Assembly: GCA_009392915.1 (NCBI GenBank)
Contig: CP045477.1
Coordinates: 448,001-512,000, forward strand
Direction of reading: 5' to 3'
Source: Candidatus Forterrea multitransposorum CG_2015-17_Forterrea_25_41
Lineage (GTDB): Archaea; Iainarchaeota; Iainarchaeia; Iainarchaeales; CSSED10-239
Length of the DNA stretch: 64,000 nucleotides
Positions 28,955-39,100 of this stretch are shown here, piece by piece. Both the position numbers and the translations under genes were made by a program. Each line of letters starts with the position of its first letter. Position 1 is the first letter of the stretch. The notes beneath the pieces are model-generated. The model did not search any database, was not told the DNA's origin, and saw nothing but the letters and a program-made list of their open reading frames with translations.

Positions 28955-30145
28955 TTATTTTCTTTCTAAAATGTATATGTATCTATTGATTTTTGAATCG
29001 TTTGCAGCTGCATAAAAAATAGGATTTTCAATTGAAATTTGGTTTGTAATTTTTGATGTATCTAAATAATCAAAACCATTATTTAAAAATACAGAATCAG
29101 AGACTTTTAATAATTGATTATCATATGTCTTAAGTTCTGGTAAGATACAAACAATTCTTGTTTTTGGTTTTAAATTACTATAAAGATTTCTAAATAAATC
29201 AGAATAAAGTTTATTTAAAGAATCAACTATACTTTTAGCTCTTAAAAAATTTGGTAATTTAGAGATAAAAGGACCCATGTATGGTTCAAAAACAACTCCG
29301 TCTACAGAAAAATTAAGTTTAGATGAATCACCATGAAGTACAGTAAAATCATTTGTATATTTAAAATAAGAAACAGCCCAGGCTAAATTTTTCTTAGAGC
29401 TTATAACTTTTTCTCTTTCTTTGTCAATTCCTAAAACATTATATCCTTTAGATAAACCTTCTATTAAAAAATTTCCAAAACCACAAAAAGGGTCTAAAAT
29501 TCTTTTTCCTTTTTTAAGACCTAAAATATTTATCATTATTTTAATAAGTCTAAAAGAAGTTGAATATAATTTTTCTTGTTCAGGTCTTAAAGTATCTTTT
29601 TTAATTATATCTTTAGGAGAATAACAAACAACTGCATATCCTAAATAATATTTATTATCAACTTTTGTAAAAAAGATTTCAAAACCTTTATCTAAAGAAT
29701 AAGAAAAATAATTATTAGGATTAATAATTGTGTTTTCTTTTTTATCTTTAAACTTTTTTGCTTTTTTTAAAACACCTTTAACTTTCTCTAGTTTAAATTG
29801 TTCTTTAAAAGATTGTTTTAAAAAATCAAGATCATCTTGAGAAATAAATTTATGTGAGATTCCATAATTAAATTTATTTGAATAATCTTTATCAAAAAAA
29901 TTTAAAAAATCACTAGATAGTTTATTAGAACTATAAAAGACTTTATAGATCCTTGTAGTTCCACCTAAATCATCTATGATTTTTGAAAAATCTACTTTTT
30001 GTTTAAAATCAAAAATAGCATAAGTATCTGTACTTGTAATATAAGAAAAGGAAATATTATTTAGTTTAAAATAAGAAAATACCTCAAGTATTGATAATTT
30101 ATAATCCCTTCCAAATAAAAATAAGTACATATATTTCAAACACAA
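28955..30145 (-). CDS. THUMP-domain RNA (guanine-N2) methyltransferase, Trm14/TrmN-like
   Basis: N-terminal THUMP-like region plus UPF0020 methylase motifs (ILDPFCGFGNFLIEG, VLGIDKE). Confidence 0.65.
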   Translation of the reverse strand: MCLKYMYLFLFGRDYKLSILEVFSYFKLNNISFSYITSTDTYAIFDFKQKVDFSKIIDDLGGTTRIYKVFYSSNKLSSDFLNFFDKDYSNKFNYGISHKFISQDDLDFLKQSFKEQFKLEKVKGVLKKAKKFKDKKENTIINPNNYFSYSLDKGFEIFFTKVDNKYYLGYAVVCYSPKDIIKKDTLRPEQEKLYSTSFRLIKIMINILGLKKGKRILDPFCGFGNFLIEGLSKGYNVLGIDKEREKVISSKKNLAWAVSYFKYTNDFTVLHGDSSKLNFSVDGVVFEPYMGPFISKLPNFLRAKSIVDSLNKLYSDLFRNLYSNLKPKTRIVCILPELKTYDNQLLKVSDSVFLNNGFDYLDTSKITNQISIENPIFYAAANDSKINRYIYILERK

Positions 30146-30190
30146 TTGTTTTTATTTTTTTTAAAAAAATGAAAAAATAAAAGAAGAAAA

Positions 30191-30919
30191 TTACTTCTTC
30201 TTTTTATCATCTTTTTTAGCAGCAGGAGCAGCTTTACCAGCTGGAGCTTTTGAATCTTTACCAGCAACAACTTTACCTTTTGCAGCTTTAAGTTCTTGAG
30301 CTTTTGCTTCTTCTGCTTTCTTTTCTTCTTCTGCCATAGCAGCAAGTTTTCTTCTCTTCTTTGTAGTTCCAACAGATTTTAAGTTGTCTTTATTTTCTTC
30401 AATTACAACTTTCATTCTACAAGGAAGTTTAGAATCAAGTCTTTCAAAGACTTTTTTTACAAATTCAACATTTGCTTCATCAACTAAAACACTAAATAAT
30501 TTTTGATTAGATTTAACTCTTGCAGCAACACCAACAACTTTTCCAAAAGGGCATTGACTCATACCTTGTTGAATTCTGTCGGCTTTAGCACCTTGAGCTT
30601 GTTTATTTTCTCTTAAGAAAAATTGAGGATATACTCTTAATTTCATATAGAAATTTTGAGCAGTTAATTTTTTATTTAAGTTTCTTACAACAGTTGTTCT
30701 TACAGATTCTAAAGCTGAATCTCTAATTTGTATTTTTTCAGAAGTTACATAATGAACTACATGAGAATATTGTTTTTCTCCAAAACCCATATGGTATTGT
30801 CTAACTTTAATACCTGGAGTTCCGCCTACATAGTTCTTTCTATGCACTCTTTTTGCAACTCTTGTATATGCTCTTTTATTTACTTTTGGATTATAACAAT
30901 GTCCTGGTCTAACACCCAT
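30191..30919 (-). CDS. rpl10e: 50S ribosomal protein L10e (uL16) with a roughly 65-aa Lys/Ala-rich C-terminal extension
   Basis: MGVRPGHCYNPKVNKRAYTRVAKRVHRKNYVGGTPGIKVRQYHMG is the L10e hallmark; TATA TTTATAAA and SD GGTGA upstream; tail ...AKAQELKAAKGKVVAGKDSKAPAGKAAPAAKKDDKKKK. Confidence 0.85.
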   Translation of the reverse strand: MGVRPGHCYNPKVNKRAYTRVAKRVHRKNYVGGTPGIKVRQYHMGFGEKQYSHVVHYVTSEKIQIRDSALESVRTTVVRNLNKKLTAQNFYMKLRVYPQFFLRENKQAQGAKADRIQQGMSQCPFGKVVGVAARVKSNQKLFSVLVDEANVEFVKKVFERLDSKLPCRMKVVIEENKDNLKSVGTTKKRRKLAAMAEEEKKAEEAKAQELKAAKGKVVAGKDSKAPAGKAAPAAKKDDKKKK

Positions 30920-31080
30920 AAATACTCACCTATAATTTTAAATTTTTTTATAAATTAACTCCTTTATTTTAAAGTTTTACTTAGTAACAAAGAAATTGTC
31001 TAATATAATATATATATAGAAAAGTATATAAAGTAATATTTTAGAAGTAAAAATAAGATTAAAACTTAATTAAATTGAAA

Positions 31081-31148
31081 GTAAGAACAGGGATCTGTTA
31101 TATAGGATAACAGTGTGCTCTTACCTTCTTCTTTCTGCCTTTTTTTTC
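31081..31148. terminator. nested inverted repeat (GTAAGA...CTGTTAT-N5-ATAACAG...TCTTAC) followed by a T8 run; terminator-like element or small structured RNA between the pilus operon and rpl10e
   Basis: Read from the sequence; strand assignment ambiguous. Confidence 0.3.
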
Positions 31149-31290
31149 TATTTGTGAAATTAGGTAATAGATTACCGTAAATATTATTGATAAAACTCTT
31201 TTTATAGGTATGGGGGTTGTAAAAAAAAACTAAAATAAGAAAAAAGTTTAGAAAACTAAACTCTTTTATGTTGAAGATAAATTAATAAAA

Positions 31291-33081
31291 TCATCCATAA
31301 GTAGTTGCTTTAATACTTTTAACTACACCACTTACAAGAACCCAGCCACCCCATTGACCAGTATTTCTGGATGAATTGGTTACAGATAAAGTCCAACCAG
31401 GTTCACTGTCACCAACTTCCCAATATTTACATTTTTTAGAAGAACCAAAAGCTTCTACTTTAATATTATAATTACCAGCAGGAACTTTCCAAGATCCATC
31501 TTTATCAGTTGCAAGTTGTGAACCACCATATTTAAGATATAAACCATCATTTCCATAATCATTAGTTATTGAACAAACATATGAAGCACTTGTTGAAGAA
31601 TAATTAAAAGTGAGACCTGCTTGAGAAGTATCATTTTCAGAAGCTAAACTAACTACTCCTTCTAAAACTAAATTACCTTGTGTACTTAAACCCTGGTAAA
31701 AGAAACCTGCAGAAGACCAAAATTCATTTAATTTAACACCACCACCTGAGAACGCAGGCTGAGCTACAACTGTACCACCTGATTGCGACCAACCAGACAA
31801 ACTAGTAATACTAGTTTGATTTAATAAAACTACAGCAGGAGCTGATAGAACAAGATTAATACTTGAACTTGTTGCTGTTCTTGAAGCACCATCTGTTACA
31901 GTTACTCTAATATATTTTGTACCAGTAGTTGAAAATGAATAAGTTGGATTTGAAACTGAAGTTCCAAAAACAATCCAAGTACTTTGATTTGTACTATATT
32001 CCCAGGAATAATTAGATACTCCAGAAACTGCATTACTTACAGAAGAATTAAAACTTATTGTTTGACCAGTATCATAATTTGTACCAGTTGTTGGAGAAGT
32101 AACACTTACAGCTAAAGGATCACTAATTAAAATATTACTAACAGTATCAGAATAAACTTGATTAATAGGAGAAGGTCTTGAAGCATCTGTAACTAAAACT
32201 CTAAACTCATAAGTCCCACCTGTTGCAAAACCATTTGTTGTAGTATAACTATTAGAACCAAAGTTAGTCCAACCAGTACTGTTTCTATTATACTGCCATT
32301 GATAAGATTTAGTACCAATTGCATTTGAAACACCTACATCAAATATTATTCCTTCACTAAGATTATAAACATCACTTGCATCAGGAGTATAAATAGTTGC
32401 TGTTAATGGAAGAACAACTGTAAAATCTTCACTTGAAGTTGAAATATCTCCAGTTCCAGAATCTGTTACTTTATAATAAATAGTATAGCTTCCTGTTGAA
32501 GATAAAGTTTGAGATAAAGAAGCACAATTAGTACCAACTGCAGTATTAGTATCATTTGAGTTTAATATCCATTCACAAGAAACTGTTGAAACATTATTAT
32601 CATAATTTCCAGTAAATGAAATTGTTTCATTATTATTCCAAGTAGTTCTTGACATTGTAATACTTGAAGATAACAAATCTAAAATATTTATTCCAATTGT
32701 TTGAGAATCACTTGAAGAATCAAAATCATCTAAAGTATCTAATTTAATTGAATAATCATTAAATACTGAAAAAGAATAACTTGTATTACAATCAGTACTA
32801 AAAGATGTAAATGATGGTAAGTCAGCTCTCTTATGACTCCAATTACAAGTTACATTTCCAACATTATTACTATATGAAGAATTAAAATTAATTGTTTTTG
32901 TAACATTATAATTTGATTCTTCTGTTGGATTTAATATTGTTGATGAAAAATCATCAAAAATTTCAACAAATAAATCATCACTAAAAGTTCCTTCATCATC
33001 ATTTGCAATTACTAAAATTTCATAAATTCCAGGAGTTGTAAAAGTATAAGAAATATCACACAAGGTATCTGAAGGATTCAT
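31291..33081 (-). CDS. S/T-rich, beta-rich repeat (PKD/Ig-like) surface adhesin-like domain; lacks its own signal peptide. The frame continues upstream through 46 sense codons to a single TAA that terminates the pilin-like ORF
   Basis: ORF track plus manual frame check (see findings); composition SSYSN, TGT, repeated roughly 90-aa modules. Confidence 0.5.
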   Translation of the reverse strand: MNPSDTLCDISYTFTTPGIYEILVIANDDEGTFSDDLFVEIFDDFSSTILNPTEESNYNVTKTINFNSSYSNNVGNVTCNWSHKRADLPSFTSFSTDCNTSYSFSVFNDYSIKLDTLDDFDSSSDSQTIGINILDLLSSSITMSRTTWNNNETISFTGNYDNNVSTVSCEWILNSNDTNTAVGTNCASLSQTLSSTGSYTIYYKVTDSGTGDISTSSEDFTVVLPLTATIYTPDASDVYNLSEGIIFDVGVSNAIGTKSYQWQYNRNSTGWTNFGSNSYTTTNGFATGGTYEFRVLVTDASRPSPINQVYSDTVSNILISDPLAVSVTSPTTGTNYDTGQTISFNSSVSNAVSGVSNYSWEYSTNQSTWIVFGTSVSNPTYSFSTTGTKYIRVTVTDGASRTATSSSINLVLSAPAVVLLNQTSITSLSGWSQSGGTVVAQPAFSGGGVKLNEFWSSAGFFYQGLSTQGNLVLEGVVSLASENDTSQAGLTFNYSSTSASYVCSITNDYGNDGLYLKYGGSQLATDKDGSWKVPAGNYNIKVEAFGSSKKCKYWEVGDSEPGWTLSVTNSSRNTGQWGGWVLVSGVVKSIKATTYG

Positions 33082-33219
33082 TCTTACTTGTGATCCACCT
33101 GCAATTGTATGATACCATTCACAAGAAACACTTCCTCTTTGATAAAGTGTATCAGTTTCAAAAGAAACAGAAGTGTTTACTCTGAATGAATCAAAATTTG
33201 TAACATTTGAAAAGAAAAT

Positions 33220-33744
33220 TTAAGAAGATGGAAGTTCTACAGCACATTTTCTTAAATCAATTGTTTTTTTAGGACAAGTAGAGTTTGATAAAGTAAAAAC
33301 CTTTAAATCTAAAGGATCAATTATTTCTCCAGAATCAACATTAATATCAGAATTTACAATTGTAAAATCAGTTGTTGATTTTAATTTTTTAATTTCTCCA
33401 GATAAAATAGGATTATCAAAATTACCATACATTTTTAGAACATTTGAAGAATTTTGAGAAGTTCCTTGAATATTTAAAGAAAGATTATAAAAATCAATAG
33501 GGGTTGGGTTTCTTAATAAAACTTCAATATTTCCAGTAGTTGAATCAAGATTACAAGATTCTACAACTAAATTATACTTAATACAATCCATTCTAGAAAC
33601 TTCTTGTAATTGATCTTGTGAAACATCTAATTTTTCTCTAACAGATGTTTTTGACCAAGATAAAAATCCTGCAACTAAAACAGCTGTTACCAAGATTAAT
33701 AAAACTACAGAAATTATTGCCGAAATTGATTTTTTTCTATTCAT
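33220..33744 (-). CDS. type IV pilin-like protein (class III signal peptide); probably the N-terminal part of a pilin-adhesin fusion
   Basis: MNRKKS|ISAIISVVLLILVTAVLVAGFLSW: basic residues, a small residue at -1, a hydrophobic helix (archaeal prepilin signature); in frame with the downstream adhesin ORF. Confidence 0.55.
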   Translation of the reverse strand: MNRKKSISAIISVVLLILVTAVLVAGFLSWSKTSVREKLDVSQDQLQEVSRMDCIKYNLVVESCNLDSTTGNIEVLLRNPTPIDFYNLSLNIQGTSQNSSNVLKMYGNFDNPILSGEIKKLKSTTDFTIVNSDINVDSGEIIDPLDLKVFTLSNSTCPKKTIDLRKCAVELPSS

Positions 33745-33830
33745 AAATATCTTTTTTAAAATATAATATAATTATAGATATTATAGAAACTATTTTAAAG
33801 GTATCTTTATTCTTTTAAAAAAATAAATAT

Positions 33831-34172
33831 TTAAAAAGAAATAATATCATTTATTTTTATAAAAGAAATATCTGTTTCAATTGGAAGTTCAATTATATAT
33901 TTAGCTTTCTTTTTTGGAGAATAAAAAGTAAAAGGTCTTAATCTTTTTTTAATATCAATAACTTTTTTATTTGAATCTAGAAAAAGAACATTTATTGAAT
34001 AGAAAACAAAAAGCATATGAATTGAAGAGCCTACAATAGATTCATATTCTCTTTTAAAAATAAGACCAAAATCAAATTTCTTTCTTGGAAAAAACATAAG
34101 TCCAAGTCCTTGTTTTAAAGGAGAAATTATTTTCTTTTTTTTAATTATTATTTTATTATTAACTTTTATCAA
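33831..34172 (-). CDS. DUF192 (COG1430) family small protein
   Basis: GLGLMFF...FGLIF...IHMLFV.YSINVLFLD...YIIELP matches the DUF192 consensus. Confidence 0.5.
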   Translation of the reverse strand: MIKVNNKIIIKKKKIISPLKQGLGLMFFPRKKFDFGLIFKREYESIVGSSIHMLFVFYSINVLFLDSNKKVIDIKKRLRPFTFYSPKKKAKYIIELPIETDISFIKINDIISF

Positions 34173-34178
34173 AAATAA

Positions 34179-35330
34179 TCACACTTTTTTTTTTAAACTT
34201 ACCCTATATAAAATAACAAAATCAATATCAGATTTTCTAATCTCAAAATCAAAAAATACAGCATCTGGTACAAAAATAGCATACTCTGCACAAGAAAGAC
34301 CACATTCACTTTGATCAAAAGGTAAAAAATATAGATTATTACTATATGTTTTATCTAGAATATATTTAGAACTAATAGATTTTAAAGCAATGACTTCAGA
34401 AATATTTACTTGTTCTAGCTGATTACGATTCATATAGGTAATAGTGTCAATTAAAACACTCTCAGCATCTGGTTTTGGAACAGCAATTTGAAAGATTAAA
34501 ATTGTAAATATAAAAAATATGAAAATATATTTGATAAAATTAAAACTACTTTCTTCTTTTATTGCAAACATTATAAAAGAAATAAAGATAGAAAGAACAA
34601 TTGCCATATAAAGAAGGAAATTATCAAAAAATATTCTTGTTATTAAATCTTGATCTGCATACCATAAAAAATTATTACCTAGTATAATATTTATGAATAA
34701 AATTACAACTAAAAAGATTACAAATAAAACAATGGATAAATAATATAAATTTAAAAAATATTTTTTCTTTTGTGTTTCTTCTTTAAAAATAGAAATATCT
34801 TTTGAAATATTTAAAAGAACTCTATCAAGAGGTATAGAACTTTCTTTAAAAGTCTTTAACAATATTAAAGTGTGAGTGATTATTGGACTTTTAATAGTCT
34901 CATTAATACCTGATAAAGCATTTTCAAAATCATCTCCCCAAGAAACTCTATTTGCTATTCTTTTTATTTCTGTATCAATTGAACCATAAACATTTGATGT
35001 TGTGATATTGTTTAATGATATTGATAAATTATTTGTAGATTTATACTCTCTCGATAAATCTTGTAAAAAGAATGTAAAAGAAGTTTCAATTGCTTTCTTT
35101 TTAAAGTGTTTTAAAACATATTCTAAAACAAAACCTAAAAAACTTACGAAAAAACCAAAAAAGAAAACTGCATAGTATAATTCAGTATGAAGAAAATATT
35201 TATTTGATAAATGAACAATTAAAAGACCAGATAAAATACTTGCAAGAATTAATATTTGGTATTCATAATTATAAATTAATAGTTTTAATTTAATATTCAT
35301 TTTATCTAAAAATTTATTTTTTTCTATCAT
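34179..35330 (-). CDS. FlaJ/TadC-like polytopic membrane protein (T2SS-F-like half)
   Basis: TM helices flanking a cytoplasmic helical region; operon context. Confidence 0.4.
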   Translation of the reverse strand: MIEKNKFLDKMNIKLKLLIYNYEYQILILASILSGLLIVHLSNKYFLHTELYYAVFFFGFFVSFLGFVLEYVLKHFKKKAIETSFTFFLQDLSREYKSTNNLSISLNNITTSNVYGSIDTEIKRIANRVSWGDDFENALSGINETIKSPIITHTLILLKTFKESSIPLDRVLLNISKDISIFKEETQKKKYFLNLYYLSIVLFVIFLVVILFINIILGNNFLWYADQDLITRIFFDNFLLYMAIVLSIFISFIMFAIKEESSFNFIKYIFIFFIFTILIFQIAVPKPDAESVLIDTITYMNRNQLEQVNISEVIALKSISSKYILDKTYSNNLYFLPFDQSECGLSCAEYAIFVPDAVFFDFEIRKSDIDFVILYRVSLKKKV

Positions 35331-35346
35331 TTAAAAATCAATCTCT

Positions 35347-36189
35347 TCATTTATATAAAATCCCAATTAATACAAATTCAATTACTGCAAATATTATTGA
35401 AAAAATCAACAATGATTCTTTTAATAAAAAATAATCTGTAAAAGTTATAAAAAATATTATTAAAATAACAATAAAAAAGAAAAATAAAAATATTGACATT
35501 AAAAATAAAATATTAATTCTACTTTTCTTTTGTTCACTTAACTCTCTTTTAGATTGTTCTAAATTAGTTAAGAAATCAAGAATAACTTGATTTAAGTCTT
35601 CTTTTTGATCAATAACTTCAATTAATTTTCTAAAGAAGTTTTTTTCAACTTCAGAATATGTTTCAGAAATTATTGATTTAAAAGTATCTTTAAGATTATG
35701 ATTTCTTTTATTTAAAGCAATTATTTTCTTTGCTTCTCTGCTTAATATATCATTATTTTCTAAGTTTTCAAAAACATTCAATACATCTTTAATAGTTAGA
35801 TTTTCATCTCTTAAAACAGATAAATGTTTTATAGATCTTTGAAATTCACTACCAATTTCTTTTTTTATATTATTTAAAATAAAAAAAGGATATTTAAATA
35901 AAAGTAAAAAAATCATAAAAGCAAAAGTAAAAGAAATAAAAATAGTTATAAAAAAACTAAAAAGATTAAACAATATTCCAAGTCTAATCATTAAATAAAT
36001 AAAAGCAAACTCTATAACTATTAAAAAAAATATAGAAATAAAAGAAATATTTGAAATATAACTAATAGAATCTTCATTGATACCAGTATATTCTAAAACT
36101 CTATCAAAATTTTTAAAAGTACCTTTAAATTGCATAACAATATCTTTTAAGAAAAATAAAGATATACTTGTTAAGAATTTACTAAACAT
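35347..36189 (-). CDS. FlaJ/TadB-like polytopic membrane protein (T2SS-F-like half)
   Basis: N-terminal TMs, cytoplasmic helical domain (EIGSEFQRSIKHLSVLRDENLTIKDVLNVF), C-terminal TMs; starts 7 nt after the upstream stop. Confidence 0.4.
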   Translation of the reverse strand: MFSKFLTSISLFFLKDIVMQFKGTFKNFDRVLEYTGINEDSISYISNISFISIFFLIVIEFAFIYLMIRLGILFNLFSFFITIFISFTFAFMIFLLLFKYPFFILNNIKKEIGSEFQRSIKHLSVLRDENLTIKDVLNVFENLENNDILSREAKKIIALNKRNHNLKDTFKSIISETYSEVEKNFFRKLIEVIDQKEDLNQVILDFLTNLEQSKRELSEQKKSRINILFLMSIFLFFFFIVILIIFFITFTDYFLLKESLLIFSIIFAVIEFVLIGILYK

Positions 36190-36196
36190 ATTTTTT

Positions 36197-39100
36197 TCAC
36201 TTTATATCGAGTCTTTTAAACAACTCGTCCTTTTCATAATTATATTGAGAGATAATACTATTAAAATCTTTGTAATTGTATACTTTTGAATCCTTCATCC
36301 ATCTCATAAGTTTCTTTTTCTTTAAAAAATCAACAACATTTATTGAAGAAGATAAAAGATTAATATTGTATTTATTTTCGGATATTTCTAAATCTACAAC
36401 TACACTTTCATTTTTATTAATTATTTCTTTAATATTTACAATTTGATAAGTTTCTTTAAAACCTTGTTTAATTCTTTTAATTTCTATTAGAATAGATTTT
36501 TGATTAACCATTTTTAATTGTTCAATAAATTTATCAGCAACATTTGGTTTTATTGAAAAGATATTTAAGTTATACCAAGAAACATCAAAAATATCTTCTC
36601 CAAACTCATCAATTGCAATAATATCTGGTTTCTGAGAAATTGTTTGTTCAATAATTAAACGTTTACTTAAATCTGCATTATTTGTAAAAATTCTATTAAT
36701 CCATTCTTTTTGAGGAAGTTTAAATCTATCGTATGCCTGAACAGTTATAATTTTCTGATCAGGATAAAATAAAAGTATAGAATTATAAATTACAAAAGAA
36801 TCATCAACATCATGTAAAATAACTTTATAGTTTTCTGAAATTGCAGACCAGATATATGAAAATACATCTACAGAACCAATAGATGTATTAACTAAAGCAA
36901 CAGGTGTTAATGGTTCATCAAGATATTTTTTAATTACAAAAGAAGAACCTTTACTACTAGTATCTCCTAAAGAATAAAGACCTTCAACTTTATAACCATT
37001 AGGTAAATATCCATCAATCACAGGATGTTCTGGAGTTATATAGATACCCATATTTTTAGTTAAAATAGTTACAAAGTTATTTAACTCAATAATATCTTTA
37101 AAACTAATATTTGTTTTTAAAACACCATACTCTACATGGTAAACTATAAGATTTGATTTTTCACCAGAACAACTAACTTCAATTATTTTTTTATCAAGTA
37201 AAAGATTAGTTAAAATACCTAACCCAAAAAATTCTCTTTGAATAAATTTAAGATAAAGTTTTTGTTGTAATTTACCTAAACTATAAGATAATTTTTCAAC
37301 AGAAATATCAAATATTTTTTGAATATATTTATCAAGACTATGTTTATCTCCATTAAAAGAATAATAGTTTTTATCGATTGTATTAAAAAATACTTTTTTT
37401 AATTGAATATATTCTTTTTCTTGTTCACTATTAAGTTCTGGTTGTACTAAATTATAGAAAAGACCTTTAGTATTATCATAATGTATTGTAACATATGTAA
37501 AATCATCTATAGAATATTTATCAAAAATATTTTTTATATTTTCTTCAAATGAAGCAATAGGATCTTGATACACTAAAGAAGAAAATAGAGAATTGTCAGA
37601 AGATAATTTTTCTTGATATATTTCTTTATTTATTTTAACAGGATTTTTTCCAGCATCTTTTGGAAGGATATAATCCATACCTTTTTCTCTTAAGTCTTTA
37701 AATTTTTCTGCAATTAAATCATTTTTAACTTTCGGAGTTAATTTTACTTCTTTGATAATTTTAATTTCTTGTTCTTTTGGTAATGATTCTTTTTTAATTG
37801 TTTTAGATATTTTTTCATCATCATTATCTTCATCAGAATAATTCTCTTTTGAAGTAACTTTTTCTTCTCTTATAGAAGGAGAAATATATTTTTTATTTTT
37901 GTTTGAAATTTTAGATTTATCTTTTTTATTTTTAGGAGAAGAAATTTCTCTCATACCTTTATATATTCTTTCATCATCTTCTTTAGATAAATCAACATCA
38001 GAAAATACTTTTTTAACATCTTCTTCATCTTTATCTATTTTCTCATTTAAAACATTAACATCAAATTTTTCTTTTTCTTTTTCTTCTAAAGTTTTTGATT
38101 TTTTTAATTTAGAAATATTATTTTCAATTTCAGAATTTAATTTTACTTGATTATTATCAATTACAAAATTTGGTGTTTTTTCAGAAGATTCATTTGTTTT
38201 AATTTCAGAAGATAAAGAAGAATCTTCATTTAAAACTTTTAAATCATTTTTTGAATCTTTATCATATACAGAAAACTTATCTTCAACAGTGTTAGATAAA
38301 TCTTTAACATCATCTTCAATTGCAAAAATATCTGGAACTTCAATTTCTTCAAATAAACCATTAGCCTCACCTAAAGAAGAATTATTTAAATGAGAACTAG
38401 AATTTTTAGAATCTATTTCTAAATTACCTGTGTTTTTAGGAAAATCATTTGAATTTGCTAAAGTTTCTTTATTTTGAGAATCTTTATTTTTATTTACAGA
38501 TAAATGATCTATTTTTGAATATAAATTTTTAACATCATACTTTGGAAAATCAATTTTACTTTTTTTAGGTTTATCATCTAAAAAAGAAAATGATTCTAAA
38601 TAAACTTCTTGATCAAGTTTACTTGCTTTTTTATTTAATTGATCTAATAAATCATCTACATTTTCATTTTTTGATTTTACTTCTGAAAAAATATCATTTG
38701 ATTCTTTACTTTCAGAATATTCTTTTGGTTTAGATACATTTTCTAAAATATCTTTCAAAAGAGACATGGTTTTTTTATTATTATTTGATTCATCAAAATT
38801 TATTTCTTTTTTAATTGAATTATCAATATGATCTATTTTAGGCTCACTTATTAAAAATGAATTTGAAGGTTTTATTTTTTTTTCAGAAGATGAATCCGAA
38901 AGTAGTAGTTCATGAGATGAATCAGGGAGTAATAATTCATTATTAATTTTTGATGAAATTAATTTATTAGATGTTGATTTTTTATCAACTTTATCTAAAG
39001 GAACTTCTTTTTTAAAAATATTAGAATTATCAACCTTATCTAAAGGAACTTCTTTTTTAGAAATATTAGAATTATCAACTTTATCTAAAGGAACTTCTTT

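Noticed and set aside
30136-30372. 78-aa K-rich ORF overlapping the 3' end of rpl10e in another frame
   Set aside because: Alternative-frame artefact of the Lys/Ala-rich tail coding region.
31291-33081. Treating the 596-aa ORF as an independent gene starting at its first ATG
   Set aside because: No signal peptide or TM for a clearly extracellular-type S/T-rich repeat protein, and the upstream 46 codons are open and compositionally continuous with it. Interpreted instead as the distal part of the pilin-like gene, interrupted by one stop.
37899-38150. 83-aa plus-strand ORF inside the pseudo-ATPase gene, and similar antisense ORFs at 50173-50833, 55426-55686, 56920-57120, 59600-59797, 60913-61212, 13516-13758, 14211-14492, 19000-19690, 23803-23988, 36077-36289, 41632-41814, 42575-43031, 45114-45341 and 47027-47359
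   Set aside because: All are antisense or out-of-frame within longer, motif-supported genes in AT-rich DNA, where stop-free runs arise by chance.
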